Shown one piece after another: positions 47,212 to 56,551 of a DNA stretch of 63,807 bases. The stretch is from positions 1 through 63,807 of IMG/VR virus record IMGVR_UViG_3300050138_000202, one strand, 5' to 3'. Within the stretch, counting starts at the first letter, position 1, and every line of letters starts with the position of its first letter. Both the position numbers and the translations under genes were made by a program. The notes beneath the pieces are model-generated. The model did not search any database, was not told where the DNA came from, and saw nothing but the letters and a program-made list of their open reading frames with translations. The DNA is from a virus. Its lineage: Duplodnaviria; Caudoviricetes.

Positions 47212-47736
47212 TTAGTTACCTTTCTTTTCTGGAAAATTCAAATTTGCGAATTCTCCAAACAATTCTTTAGCCTTAGCGTCATATGCTTTGGCCGCATCAA
47301 TTTCAGAAGCAAATACTCCCAAATAATGTTGCTTTTTCTTGCCATTTATTGATCTTTGAACAAAGGCTCTCCAAGGCTTTTGTCTACCATCCTTAAAAAA
47401 TACGACACCTTTATATATCGATGAAGTTTTTCTTACTTGTTTGCGCTGATTGCGAGAATTTTCCATTGATGAGGCTATTCGTAGATTTTCCTTACGATTA
47501 TTTAATCCATCTCCGTCTCTATGGTCGCCCTTCGTTTTAGTATCAGCTATTCCCAAGATTATCCTATGCATTAGCACGCTTTTTCTGCCGCTTGGCGTAT
47601 AGGCAAATCTATGAGCATAAAATCCAGTAGCACTACGATCTTTTGGCAATGCGTGCCATTTCCACTGATTGAGGAATTCAAAATCTTCATCATCAACCGT
47701 GGCGAATTGTCCTCTTGTCAATGGAATGGTTTTCAA
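47212..47736 (-). CDS. HNH-AP2 homing endonuclease
   Basis: MHR..DHRDGDGLNNRKENLR; YKGV..AAKAYD..FGEFANLNF. Confidence 0.92.
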   Translation of the reverse strand: MKTIPLTRGQFATVDDEDFEFLNQWKWHALPKDRSATGFYAHRFAYTPSGRKSVLMHRIILGIADTKTKGDHRDGDGLNNRKENLRIASSMENSRNQRKQVRKTSSIYKGVVFFKDGRQKPWRAFVQRSINGKKKQHYLGVFASEIDAAKAYDAKAKELFGEFANLNFPEKKGN

Positions 47737-47907
47737 TTCAGACTCTCTTTGTTCGTTTGGTTTAAGGCTACTATCTCAAAAACGATTTCGCGCATATCGT
47801 CATAACTTTCACCTTCGCATACCAATAGGCCATTGGCAAGCACTTGGAACGTCACGATCTTATTTGGTATATCAACGTGGCCAACTATGTCCAGTTCGCC
47901 TCGCTGG

Positions 47908-48234
47908 TTACCCAACGATACGCTTAGCAGTTTCACTATCCAACTCCTTAATGGCGTCACCATCGTCACCATACTCTGACATATGGGCGACGATTAAGGC
48001 CAATGCCGTCAACTCTTTCCTGATAGGCTTGTCGTGTATGATGTGAAGCTTAACGAGGCGCTGACTCTCGGTCTTTCTCGCGGTAGCCAAGATCTTTTGT
48101 AATCGCCTATTGCTGTTAGCATCGACCAAAGTAATCTCAAGCGTACCATCGGCAATCAGGCTCGTCAGTTCGTAGAACGCCATGTTGATAGCGTCCTCTT
48201 TCTTTTCCACGTTGAGTTGATCAAATGCTTTCAT
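47908..48234 (-). CDS. Hypothetical protein
   Basis: GGAGG RBS. Confidence 0.6.
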   Translation of the reverse strand: MKAFDQLNVEKKEDAINMAFYELTSLIADGTLEITLVDANSNRRLQKILATARKTESQRLVKLHIIHDKPIRKELTALALIVAHMSEYGDDGDAIKELDSETAKRIVG

Positions 48235-48605
48235 GTTCCTCCAAGGAAATCAAGTTCGGCGTCGTCTTCGCCTCTAAATACGCAGGTTGAATCTTTGGTC
48301 ACTAAGGGCTTGATTCGTCCCCACAAAATGTAATCGTCGCCGATCTTTTCGCCCGTGAACTCTTTGATCACGTAGAATTCCTCTTCCTCTGTCAGTTCAT
48401 AGCGAAAGGCTTCAAACATTTCAGCAAGATCCGTGGAGTATTCAAACTCATCGGCCCAGCAATAGACCTTCTTTCCCGGTCCACGCTGCACACTACCAAG
48501 CGTATCGCGCTCTTCGCGCAGCTTCTTGAATACGTTCAGTAGTTTTAGACGTTTCGATTTTGGGATACGAACGCACAATTCTGTGGGATTGATGCAGTAC
48601 CCCAT
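48231..48605 (-). CDS. Hypothetical phage protein
   Basis: MGY start with GGAGG RBS; FTGEKIGD, FRGED. Confidence 0.65.
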   Translation of the reverse strand: MGYCINPTELCVRIPKSKRLKLLNVFKKLREERDTLGSVQRGPGKKVYCWADEFEYSTDLAEMFEAFRYELTEEEEFYVIKEFTGEKIGDDYILWGRIKPLVTKDSTCVFRGEDDAELDFLGGT

Positions 48606-48606
48606 A

Positions 48607-48900
48607 CTAGCCTCCGATTTGCGGTTTAGTAGCTTCGTACAACTCGACAAACTTTTGGTTGAGACGCGAAATCTCGTTCACGATAGATCGATAGCCATCT
48701 CCTGTGCCAGTAAACGTGCTCAGTTCGCCATGTAGTCTCTCTAGCTCATCACTAACTGCATCTGTCAAGACCTCAAAATCACTTCTGGGACCTTTTGGTG
48801 CAGGCTGCGGTGTTGGTAGCAGTCCCTCAGCAATTCGGTAGGCTACGATGCTGCCGACTATCAGGCCAATAACCACTACGACCGTTGTTGTGGGCTCCAT
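48607..48900 (-). CDS. Membrane-anchored hypothetical protein
   Basis: N-terminal TM. Confidence 0.6.
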   Translation of the reverse strand: MEPTTTVVVVIGLIVGSIVAYRIAEGLLPTPQPAPKGPRSDFEVLTDAVSDELERLHGELSTFTGTGDGYRSIVNEISRLNQKFVELYEATKPQIGG

Positions 48901-49100
48901 TACTTACCTGCCTGTTTGATCATTAGCTTCGTGCGGACCTTGGAACTATTGCGCTGCATCTTATGATCGAACGATAGCTTGGCATAAGCGGCCTGACGCG
49001 CCTCAGCCTCCGTGCGTTTGCGAAGTTGATTCGCAGCCTTTGCGCCGCTCTTGCGGTTGTTTAACTTCTTGCCCGTCTTGACCAATGAATCGATTGCCAT
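48900..49100 (-). CDS. Small basic protein
   Basis: Abuts both neighbours. Confidence 0.55.
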   Translation of the reverse strand: MAIDSLVKTGKKLNNRKSGAKAANQLRKRTEAEARQAAYAKLSFDHKMQRNSSKVRTKLMIKQAGK

Positions 49101-49478
49101 TTAAGCCGCCTTTAGTTCTGGTTGTACTGGAATACGTCGTATGTCCAGGTTATGTGGATCGAAAATTCGCTTTCCATCTAGAGCAATTGTCTCGTTCACT
49201 TCGTGCATCTCCAGGAGTATCAGACTATCTCTGATGTGAGAAATGTGCGACGATTCGTTGCACTGTTCTAAATCCTTGATAGCACTTAAACTTCCTACTT
49301 CGATTTTGGTTTCACTGCCATTATCGACGTCAAACGCGTGCATCCAAATGCTGAAGTACACGTAGCCGTCAGGACATGGAGCCCACGCGTTGCGCCAACT
49401 CCTGTGCTCTATCCTGAAACATCTCCTACCTTTGTAGGTCAGACTGAGAGAAAGCTTTTCAAGTTCTGCCATTGTCAT
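49101..49478 (-). CDS. Hypothetical phage protein
   Basis: EMHEVNE..DGKRIFDPH motif. Confidence 0.6.
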   Translation of the reverse strand: MTMAELEKLSLSLTYKGRRCFRIEHRSWRNAWAPCPDGYVYFSIWMHAFDVDNGSETKIEVGSLSAIKDLEQCNESSHISHIRDSLILLEMHEVNETIALDGKRIFDPHNLDIRRIPVQPELKAA

Positions 49479-49483
49479 AACGC

Positions 49484-49723
49484 CTACTTGGTTAAAAAGT
49501 CCACGAGCATCTGAGCTAGGTCCTTGTGGAAAAACATCGCCACGACGCCAATAACGAACGGAGAAGGCTCCACAACTAATACGATGATACCAAGAACGAT
49601 TGATGCGCTGAATGCAAGATACAGTCCGTAAACAGACGCAACCAATGCGAATACAATCCACGCTAAAATCATCAGGTATCCAACTACTCCAAGACTTACC
49701 AAAAGACCAAATAGCGCTTTCAT
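49484..49723 (-). CDS. Small membrane protein
   Basis: Hydrophobic; AAGGA RBS. Confidence 0.6.
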   Translation of the reverse strand: MKALFGLLVSLGVVGYLMILAWIVFALVASVYGLYLAFSASIVLGIIVLVVEPSPFVIGVVAMFFHKDLAQMLVDFLTK

Positions 49724-49736
49724 GTCCGTTCCTTTG

Positions 49737-50273
49737 TTAAATGGTTTTGTCTTCCGTTGCAATCAAACGCTTGGGGAAATTCTGTTTCACAAACTTCGCA
49801 AGTATCTTTCTCAAGCGCTTGTTTGCCAGTTTTGTTTTCGGAGTGCGAAAACGCTTTTGGGAAAACAGGCCTTCAAAGAGCATGCTGAGGGCAGATAGGT
49901 GCAGGCCCTGTTTAGATGCCAAGGTAGCGATCTTGAAAAGCTTTTCGGGATCACGCGTATTGGTTAATTTTAATCCGCGAGTATTACCTGCGAATTCATT
50001 AGCGAAGCTTTCCACGGTCGCATTCGTGACAATGGCTGCGGCGAAATCGCTCAAAGGTCCAACCTCTTCTTTTTTACCAAGAGCGCAATCCAGGATGCCA
50101 CCAACCGCACATACAGCGCATTTGCTGTTGTTGGTCAATTTCTTGTCGGCCTTTCTGAATGGCACTACGCCGCCAGTGATATCGTCACGCTTGATGTGGA
50201 ACCATTTATTACCACGAAGCGGCTCAGTGCGAATCGCTTGCAGCACCTGTTTGCGCGTTACATTTAGTCTCAT
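49737..50273 (-). CDS. Hypothetical protein
   Basis: AGGAG RBS; CAVCAVG. Confidence 0.65.
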   Translation of the reverse strand: MRLNVTRKQVLQAIRTEPLRGNKWFHIKRDDITGGVVPFRKADKKLTNNSKCAVCAVGGILDCALGKKEEVGPLSDFAAAIVTNATVESFANEFAGNTRGLKLTNTRDPEKLFKIATLASKQGLHLSALSMLFEGLFSQKRFRTPKTKLANKRLRKILAKFVKQNFPKRLIATEDKTI

Positions 50274-50605
50274 ACTTGCTCCTTTTTGTAAAGTTTATCA
50301 ATCACCAATTGCATTCTCTTACGTCCCACTGGATTCGAGGATACTATCTCGATCTTGCCAGGCAGAATACTCTCGCGTCCAGCCGCAACCTCTTCCTCTA
50401 AGAAGCACATTATATCGTATCCAGTCCACTCTTTGCCATTTGCATCAAATGAATTCAGATCATGGTCCAGTAATAGCAAGTCCCATGGTCCCATCTTAGA
50501 TAGTGCATCAAATCCTGCACGAGCATTACGTGCGATGAGATCGATTCGCCTCATTATGTTTGGCGCGTCTTCCATTCGTGTGTCGTCGATCAGTAGCACT
50601 CTCAT
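50270..50605 (-). CDS. Cyclic-phosphate-processing receiver (cREC-type) domain protein
   Basis: LIDDTR, LDHDL, TGYD, SSNPVG motifs. Confidence 0.8.
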   Translation of the reverse strand: MRVLLIDDTRMEDAPNIMRRIDLIARNARAGFDALSKMGPWDLLLLDHDLNSFDANGKEWTGYDIMCFLEEEVAAGRESILPGKIEIVSSNPVGRKRMQLVIDKLYKKEQV

Positions 50606-50944
50606 CGTGCCTCCTGACATATGGCTATTGCGATAAACATGCCACAGCTAACTTGAGGGAATAATTGGGTTATCACAATAGAACGGCGTCGAACTTTTAG
50701 ACTAAAAGAATAGTCCAAATCAGCATTATTCACTGATTCTGGACTATTAGAGTAGTGTGGCGAACTTTTGGGCGGTGTCATCGGCTTATACACCCTATGA
50801 TCTTGCCAAGCCTAGATTTGAGGAATTGGTATTTGTGGTAGCAGAAGGTAGAACAGAAAACTGGGCCGACAAGAGGCCCAGCGTAAACAGCTATTGAACA
50901 ATGGTAGCATCGTCTGGAATGAGGCACCTGGAGCGGCTTGTCCA

Positions 50945-51652
50945 TTAGTGATACAGATTAGCCGCAGGCAACGCTGCGCCGTCCATTTTGATAACGAGAG
51001 CAAACTGTCCCGCTCCACTTTGAGCATACAGAACGCTGAGAGTGTGGACGCCTGTGCGTAGGTTTTTAGTGCCTACAGCGGTCGTTATGCCGTGATTGCC
51101 ATCGTTGTTGGTCACTTGGGCACCATCGACCGTCAAGATCGCGCCATCGTCGCTTGCCACGCTAAAACCGTGGTAGCCATCCTCAGTCACCACCAATTGG
51201 CCTGAGCAGCTAATTCGGTAGTTATTACTGGTGAATAGGCTTTGAATCTGTGGATCGATAATGTTGTTAGGGCCTGAGTTGCTATTAGGTTGATTGAATC
51301 CGTTCACTCCCAAGAATGCAAACGATGTGCCAGTTAATACGATGCCGCATGCTGCGCTCAATGGATTGGCAGTGCAAGTCGCAGCTACATAGTTCGGGCT
51401 CGAAGTGGATAGGAATCCTCCAGAGCTAATCGCCTGCACTGAGCATGCCATTCCAGAGGACAATTCTGTTTGACCAAGGGTTTCGCGGTATGCGTTTTCT
51501 GAATCAACCAGTTGCTGCACTGTGGTTTCGGGAGTCACGGGAGCGGCAGGACCTTGCGGACCTTGCGGGCCAGTAGCACCTGTGTCGCCAATAGGCGCTG
51601 CGCAAGCGGTTAGCATACCGATGACCAGGATGGTCCATAATACATTCTTCAT
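50945..51652 (-). CDS. Lipoprotein with short collagen repeat and PA14 domain
   Basis: Lipobox LTAC; GATGPQGPQGP; SDDGA..NDGNHG. Confidence 0.8.
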   Translation of the reverse strand: MKNVLWTILVIGMLTACAAPIGDTGATGPQGPQGPAAPVTPETTVQQLVDSENAYRETLGQTELSSGMACSVQAISSGGFLSTSSPNYVAATCTANPLSAACGIVLTGTSFAFLGVNGFNQPNSNSGPNNIIDPQIQSLFTSNNYRISCSGQLVVTEDGYHGFSVASDDGAILTVDGAQVTNNDGNHGITTAVGTKNLRTGVHTLSVLYAQSGAGQFALVIKMDGAALPAANLYH

Positions 51653-51751
51653 TTTATCCTCCTAGGATAATAGTTAATCGACCTGATGAGATATTGCACT
51701 GTTCCAAAACCTTTATCAATAAAAATCGGCAGCTTTCTCGAATGTATACGC

Positions 51752-52276
51752 TTATTGTTTTGATACAAGCTTGCTCTTAAGTACGAGCCAAAGTCTTGCC
51801 ACACCACTCCGTATTCGAGCCCATCGACCGAGTACGGTTGTGCTATTGGATTGAGCATAATAATTTACCTCCACTTTATCAAATGCTTGAACCATCGCTT
51901 GCGTTGGCGTCATTGCCTTTGCGGTCTCAACTACTGGGCAAACGATGGTTGTATCGAGTTTGGGGTTTTCCTTATATTCCTGCATGATTGTTTTTGGCAT
52001 TTTTGCAGCCTTCTTTGCAGCAATGCATAGTGGGCATAGCTCAGCAGACTTCTTGCGATTCTTAAGCTTGCGCTCGAAGTTTCGATCACCATCGGGCCAT
52101 GTGCGCGCGACCTGAAATCCAATTCCAGCTTTTGTCACAGCGGCCATTAGCCTAGAGCCGGTTCCTTTCTTATGATGATTCAGTCTTTTAGGAAGACCTT
52201 CCATATTTTGGACAAACCCAATATAATGTTTGGCATGTCGGAATTTTTTATCAAAACAAAGCAAATACACTGGCAT
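51752..52276 (-). CDS. GIY-YIG-like nuclease
   Basis: VYLLCF..HYIG..RL..H..GTGSRL..ERKLK..CPLC. Confidence 0.7.
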   Translation of the reverse strand: MPVYLLCFDKKFRHAKHYIGFVQNMEGLPKRLNHHKKGTGSRLMAAVTKAGIGFQVARTWPDGDRNFERKLKNRKKSAELCPLCIAAKKAAKMPKTIMQEYKENPKLDTTIVCPVVETAKAMTPTQAMVQAFDKVEVNYYAQSNSTTVLGRWARIRSGVARLWLVLKSKLVSKQ

Positions 52277-52307
52277 AAATCCACCCTTCGTGGTAATCTT
52301 ACCTACT

Positions 52308-52898
52308 ATGATTCTATATAAAGTAACCAACAAAGTCAATGGTAAATCTTACATAGGGCAATCCACGCGTTCTATTGAGACGCGTTGGAAGCAGCATTGC
52401 AGAAAAACCAAATCCAGATATAAATGCACTCTTTTGTATTACGCTATTCAAAAATACGGTCCTGAAGCTTTTGAAATAAAATTGCTTGCCAGATGCAATT
52501 CTCTCAATGAGATGAATCACAGAGAAGAATATTATATAAAGCTTTTTAATACACTGTCCAAAAATGGATACAATTTGACGACTGGCGGCGAAAGTAGAAC
52601 GCCTTCCGCAGAAAGTAGGAGAAAAATGTCTAAGGCCGGTAGAGGAAGGAAGAAATCTGAAAAGCATAGAGCGAGTATATCTAAGGCCCTCAGTGGAAAG
52701 TCGAAGTCTGTTTCTCATAGATTAAACATCTCCAATTCTAGAAAAGACAAGAAGGCTATAATTTGCAATCAAACCGGCGTAATCTATGCTTCCATTGTGG
52801 AGGCAGCCAAAATTCTGAAACTCAATCGAGGTCATTTAAGCAATATGCTTTGCGGTAGAAACAAAACCTGCAGAGGCTTAACCTTTAGTTACGTTTAG
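52308..52898 (+). CDS. GIY-YIG homing endonuclease (NUMOD3)
   Basis: LYKVTNKVNGKSYIGQ, GYNL; inserted against the local strand behind AATCTT. Confidence 0.9.
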   Translation: MILYKVTNKVNGKSYIGQSTRSIETRWKQHCRKTKSRYKCTLLYYAIQKYGPEAFEIKLLARCNSLNEMNHREEYYIKLFNTLSKNGYNLTTGGESRTPSAESRRKMSKAGRGRKKSEKHRASISKALSGKSKSVSHRLNISNSRKDKKAIICNQTGVIYASIVEAAKILKLNRGHLSNMLCGRNKTCRGLTFSYV

Positions 52899-53170
52899 TC
52901 CTCTTCTTCGATTTCTAATTCATCTTCATCTTCATCGGGAGCGTTATCAAAATCCCATTTTTCTTCAAAGACAATTTCCTCTACGCGCTCGTCGAACTCG
53001 GATTGTTGGTCGTCGCTCAGTTCCTCTTCGTGATTAGTTTCCCAGCTACCAACCAAGGGTGGAGTTTCGCCATTGAAATCCTCTTCAACAAACTCTGTGA
53101 CCTTCAATACGGCTTCGATCACCGTACCATCGTCGAGTGTTATCTCAATATCTTTTTTACAACGCTTCAC
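52895..53170 (-). CDS. Highly acidic small protein
   Basis: About 36 of 91 residues are D/E; AGGAG RBS. Confidence 0.7.
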   Translation of the reverse strand: MKRCKKDIEITLDDGTVIEAVLKVTEFVEEDFNGETPPLVGSWETNHEEELSDDQQSEFDERVEEIVFEEKWDFDNAPDEDEDELEIEEED

Positions 53171-53327
53171 GTTAACTCCTTATGCCCAATAGCAGCAAGC
53201 TTGCGCTATTAGGCCCAGCATCGAAAGACCTAACAAAATGCGCTTAGTATTTGTGTCGCGCATCAAAGGGATTATTACAAAGCAATTCAATGCGCTCACG
53301 AATGCAAGCGCATCACCAAGTAAAACT

Positions 53328-53648
53328 TTATCCACCATGGCCAGCTTGCGGACCTTGAAGCATTGCCGCCACATACTTGGCTAATCCACCGGCTTTAATA
53401 ATGCCACGCAACGTCTCTGTCTGGCTAGACAGATCGGTCTCTGTCTCAACCATTGCTTGCATGAATGTTTGGCCCGTGATATCGCTCTTGTCGCGATTGT
53501 CGATTACGCGCACATCGCGTCCAGCAGTCACGAAGCCAACCAAGTCACGAAGAGTCACGTAGCATGACTCTTCGGTGTCGTACAGCTTGCGATTCTGGTA
53601 GCGCTTCACGATCTTCGTTCCATTAGCACTAACTTGAGTCGTGTCCAT
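53328..53648 (-). CDS. PhaR-type (PHA accumulation regulator) DNA-binding domain protein
   Basis: IVKRYQNRKLYDTEESCYVTL..V..G.DVRVIDN....DIT; GGAGG RBS. Confidence 0.88.
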   Translation of the reverse strand: MDTTQVSANGTKIVKRYQNRKLYDTEESCYVTLRDLVGFVTAGRDVRVIDNRDKSDITGQTFMQAMVETETDLSSQTETLRGIIKAGGLAKYVAAMLQGPQAGHGG

Positions 53649-53669
53649 TTTATCCTCCAAGGATAAGGT

Positions 53670-54434
53670 TTATTTCGAGCGTCGAGCAGTTTTCTTCTTT
53701 GCAATGAATGCACCATTCGGTCCACGTTTTGCGTGGTTGTTTTTATAGCGCAGAGTGCGCTGTCTTTTTTGTGCAGGTGTTAGCTTATGGGTGTCGAGGA
53801 AGAGTTTCAACGCAGCGCCTTTGATAGGAGCGCCAGTAGGTGCAGGCGTCATACCTTCGTCTTCGTCGTCCACAAACTTCTCGATCTTGGTGCCCTTTGC
53901 AGTGACCACAGTCTCTTGCAATGCGGCCTGTGCCTCTGACAGAACTTCAAATCGGCATACGCGCAGTTTGTTGCCAGCATATGCGTCTGGCACTGCGACC
54001 ACGTCCTTCGGATTCACTTTTACGATAACCATCTTAGGTCCGAAGCCCTTAGCCATCTCGTACCCACCAACGTGCAGGCCATGTGAGCAGCTTTTCGTGT
54101 GGTCGTCGTCAACCAATGAACGATCCATTTCACAAACTTGGCCAGGGCGATTGTCAAACTTTCCGCTGTGTGAATCTTTGAAGTCTTCACGCACACCACG
54201 ATAACCAATGAAGTGCCCGTCTTCGGTGATAGCCGCCTTTTGTGTCTCCAAGAATTTGAAGAGGAACTGGCGCGTGTGGAATGAGGGATTGGCCTGCAAA
54301 TTTGCCCAGAAGTTGAGCAATGATTTGAAGGGAATGTTTTGATTCTTGTATTCGATGATCCTCGAATTCAATTCTGGAGGCATTGCTTGGCCCTTGAGAG
54401 TCACAAACTGAATTCCTTTTACGTCGAAGTGCAT
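53670..54434 (-). CDS. rIIB: rIIB-like protein (conserved core)
   Basis: ITEDGHFIGYRGV, CSHGLHVG, VKVNPKDVVAVP, KLRVCRFEV. Confidence 0.85.
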   Translation of the reverse strand: MHFDVKGIQFVTLKGQAMPPELNSRIIEYKNQNIPFKSLLNFWANLQANPSFHTRQFLFKFLETQKAAITEDGHFIGYRGVREDFKDSHSGKFDNRPGQVCEMDRSLVDDDHTKSCSHGLHVGGYEMAKGFGPKMVIVKVNPKDVVAVPDAYAGNKLRVCRFEVLSEAQAALQETVVTAKGTKIEKFVDDEDEGMTPAPTGAPIKGAALKLFLDTHKLTPAQKRQRTLRYKNNHAKRGPNGAFIAKKKTARRSK

Positions 54435-54524
54435 CTCATTCCCCTTCTGCGCACTCAGCGCCTCACATACACAGATTAGCACAGTATCAACGCATTGCAA
54501 AATTAATTTACGCATTGTATCAAT

Positions 54525-54818
54525 TTACTTCGCTGCTTCGTATATGCCAATGATTTTGAGTTGGCCAACCCATTCGTTCGTATATGAGCCAATCAGTTTC
54601 TCGCGCACATCTAGCTCAGCCTTGTCAAGCCAAAACTGACTGTATTGCCAAGTAACTGGCTCAGCCATGCCTGGCACCAATGGAATAGCGCCCATGATTT
54701 GCACAAACGAATCAGGACCTACCTCGTACACTTTAACCATGCTGCCAGCATCTTGGTTTATTTTGAGGCGTCCCATAATGTCACGCACCGTGATTAGCAG
54801 TGTATTGATATCGCTCAT
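54525..54818 (-). CDS. Hypothetical protein
   Basis: GAGG RBS; coupling. Confidence 0.55.
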   Translation of the reverse strand: MSDINTLLITVRDIMGRLKINQDAGSMVKVYEVGPDSFVQIMGAIPLVPGMAEPVTWQYSQFWLDKAELDVREKLIGSYTNEWVGQLKIIGIYEAAK

Positions 54819-55345
54819 GATGCCTCATCTTTCTCTTTATCGAACGGACGCACAGCAGGACAGCATTTGCAATGAAATTCTGTGGTGCGAAACAAATCGA
54901 CACGTTTCCAATCGTGCGCGATACACAGAGAGCCGTGCGCATTCCGTCCAGTGTCGATTGCCAAGCTAAGCTTATCGCGATCAACTCCAGAGAACATCGC
55001 ACCGCTCTGCTCATGCAATAAATTTACCTGATTGCCGTCTCCATTGAATGATACAATTTTATAAACGTGTGTATTGTTGCCGGTGCTCTTAACAATGTCG
55101 CCAGCCTTAAGAGTATTGGCGCGAGTACCAACGGGAAAGAAGTTTTTATGCCAAGACGTGGGCGGTAGTGCGGTGCCTGGTGTGCGTACCATGATGAGAC
55201 CAGTCGTGGAGTTATTGTCCTGTGGATAGACACATAGCTCGCCTAAATTGCTCTCAATTAAAGTGTATGGATGATTCAAAATGAAACCAATGCTTGCAGC
55301 GGTTGCGTCCTGGACAGCGTAAATTAAAATGTCCCCAGCCTTCAT
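54815..55345 (-). CDS. Hypothetical protein (SH3/KOW-like repeats)
   Basis: KAGDI twice; GAGGAGG RBS. Confidence 0.55.
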   Translation of the reverse strand: MKAGDILIYAVQDATAASIGFILNHPYTLIESNLGELCVYPQDNNSTTGLIMVRTPGTALPPTSWHKNFFPVGTRANTLKAGDIVKSTGNNTHVYKIVSFNGDGNQVNLLHEQSGAMFSGVDRDKLSLAIDTGRNAHGSLCIAHDWKRVDLFRTTEFHCKCCPAVRPFDKEKDEAS

Positions 55346-55754
55346 TTTAAGCCTCCTCGTCGTATATCTTTGAGTCACCTGGCTCATAGTTTCCGCGCGC
55401 ATGTCTCAAGTCTGCAATACTCTTGCCACCCTGAATGCAATGCAAATAGGTGCCAGTTTTAGTTCTGTAGTGCGTCACATCAGTTGGTTCAAATTGAGCC
55501 ACTGGGGGTACCTGAAGGTATGCGTACACGAGTGTCGATACCGTACCAATTAGAGAAAATAACATCACGCACAAAATCACTTGATTATCGTAGTCCACCG
55601 TGTTCTCCCGTGTGAAAAATTGCGCTGCAATATCCTGGTGACGCTCCGTAATGTGCATAACAATCAGGATCTTGCGTATCCTCACTGTTGTAAGGATCAT
55701 TACTAATACTAGCACACCCAGTCAAAAATACAACGCATAAGATCAATAATCTCA

Positions 55755-56063
55755 TTACGATACCTTCTTTAATTTGGTTTTACCTGTCCCATATACGAAC
55801 GTATTGTTTATGGACTCTTTGCCCATTGGCACTTCGACAAAATAGGTTAAGCCATTCTCAAATTGAACCAATGCATCTTTGCCCTTGACCACAGCCATCT
55901 CACTCTCGAATTCGATTGTGAGAACGTATCTGTGCGTCTTGACTTTCTCGTCCCACTGGTGGGAGCAATCATGGCACGTTACTTGCAATAGGCCATTTTG
56001 AGACGGGCCTTCGTTTGCAACATTCGTGCTACCGCATTCTGGGCACTTATCCTTTTTCGCCAC
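55755..56063 (-). CDS. Zn-ribbon protein
   Basis: CPECGS..CHDC. Confidence 0.6.
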   Translation of the reverse strand: MAKKDKCPECGSTNVANEGPSQNGLLQVTCHDCSHQWDEKVKTHRYVLTIEFESEMAVVKGKDALVQFENGLTYFVEVPMGKESINNTFVYGTGKTKLKKVS

Positions 56064-56256
56064 GGCATTGCTCCAGTTCTTGCATGTTGGCCAGCATCTC
56101 ATTCGCCTCATCCATATCAGACTGTTCGTTATTGATCCAACGATTCAGTTTCTCAATATCCAAGCGCAACTCTTCGATTTGCATGGACCACCCATCAATG
56201 CGCTTGGCACACTTCTTGATTTTGTTCTGCACTAAGTCGTATGCCGCGTCACTCAT
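56047..56256 (-). CDS. Small coiled-coil protein
   Basis: Co-directional ORF. Confidence 0.5.
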   Translation of the reverse strand: MSDAAYDLVQNKIKKCAKRIDGWSMQIEELRLDIEKLNRWINNEQSDMDEANEMLANMQELEQCRGEKG

Positions 56257-56551
56257 TTGGGCACCGCAATGATTTTCTTAATATGATCCGACACATGCTC
56301 ATACTTGGTCCATGCTGACGTTAGCGCCTCAGCGCGCGAATTCACATGCACTTCGTATGCCACTGGCTGAGCATCGTAATAAATCACTACAACCACAAAT
56401 GTTTTCACAACTCACCACCAACCAAAGATGCGGCCAAAGATGGGCAAATAGATTAATGAACTGACCACCAGCGCAAATCGGTCTTTGCCTTCGTCTGCTG
56501 CGGCCACGAGTATCACATTGAGAACTGACAGGATAACGCAATAGGTAATCA

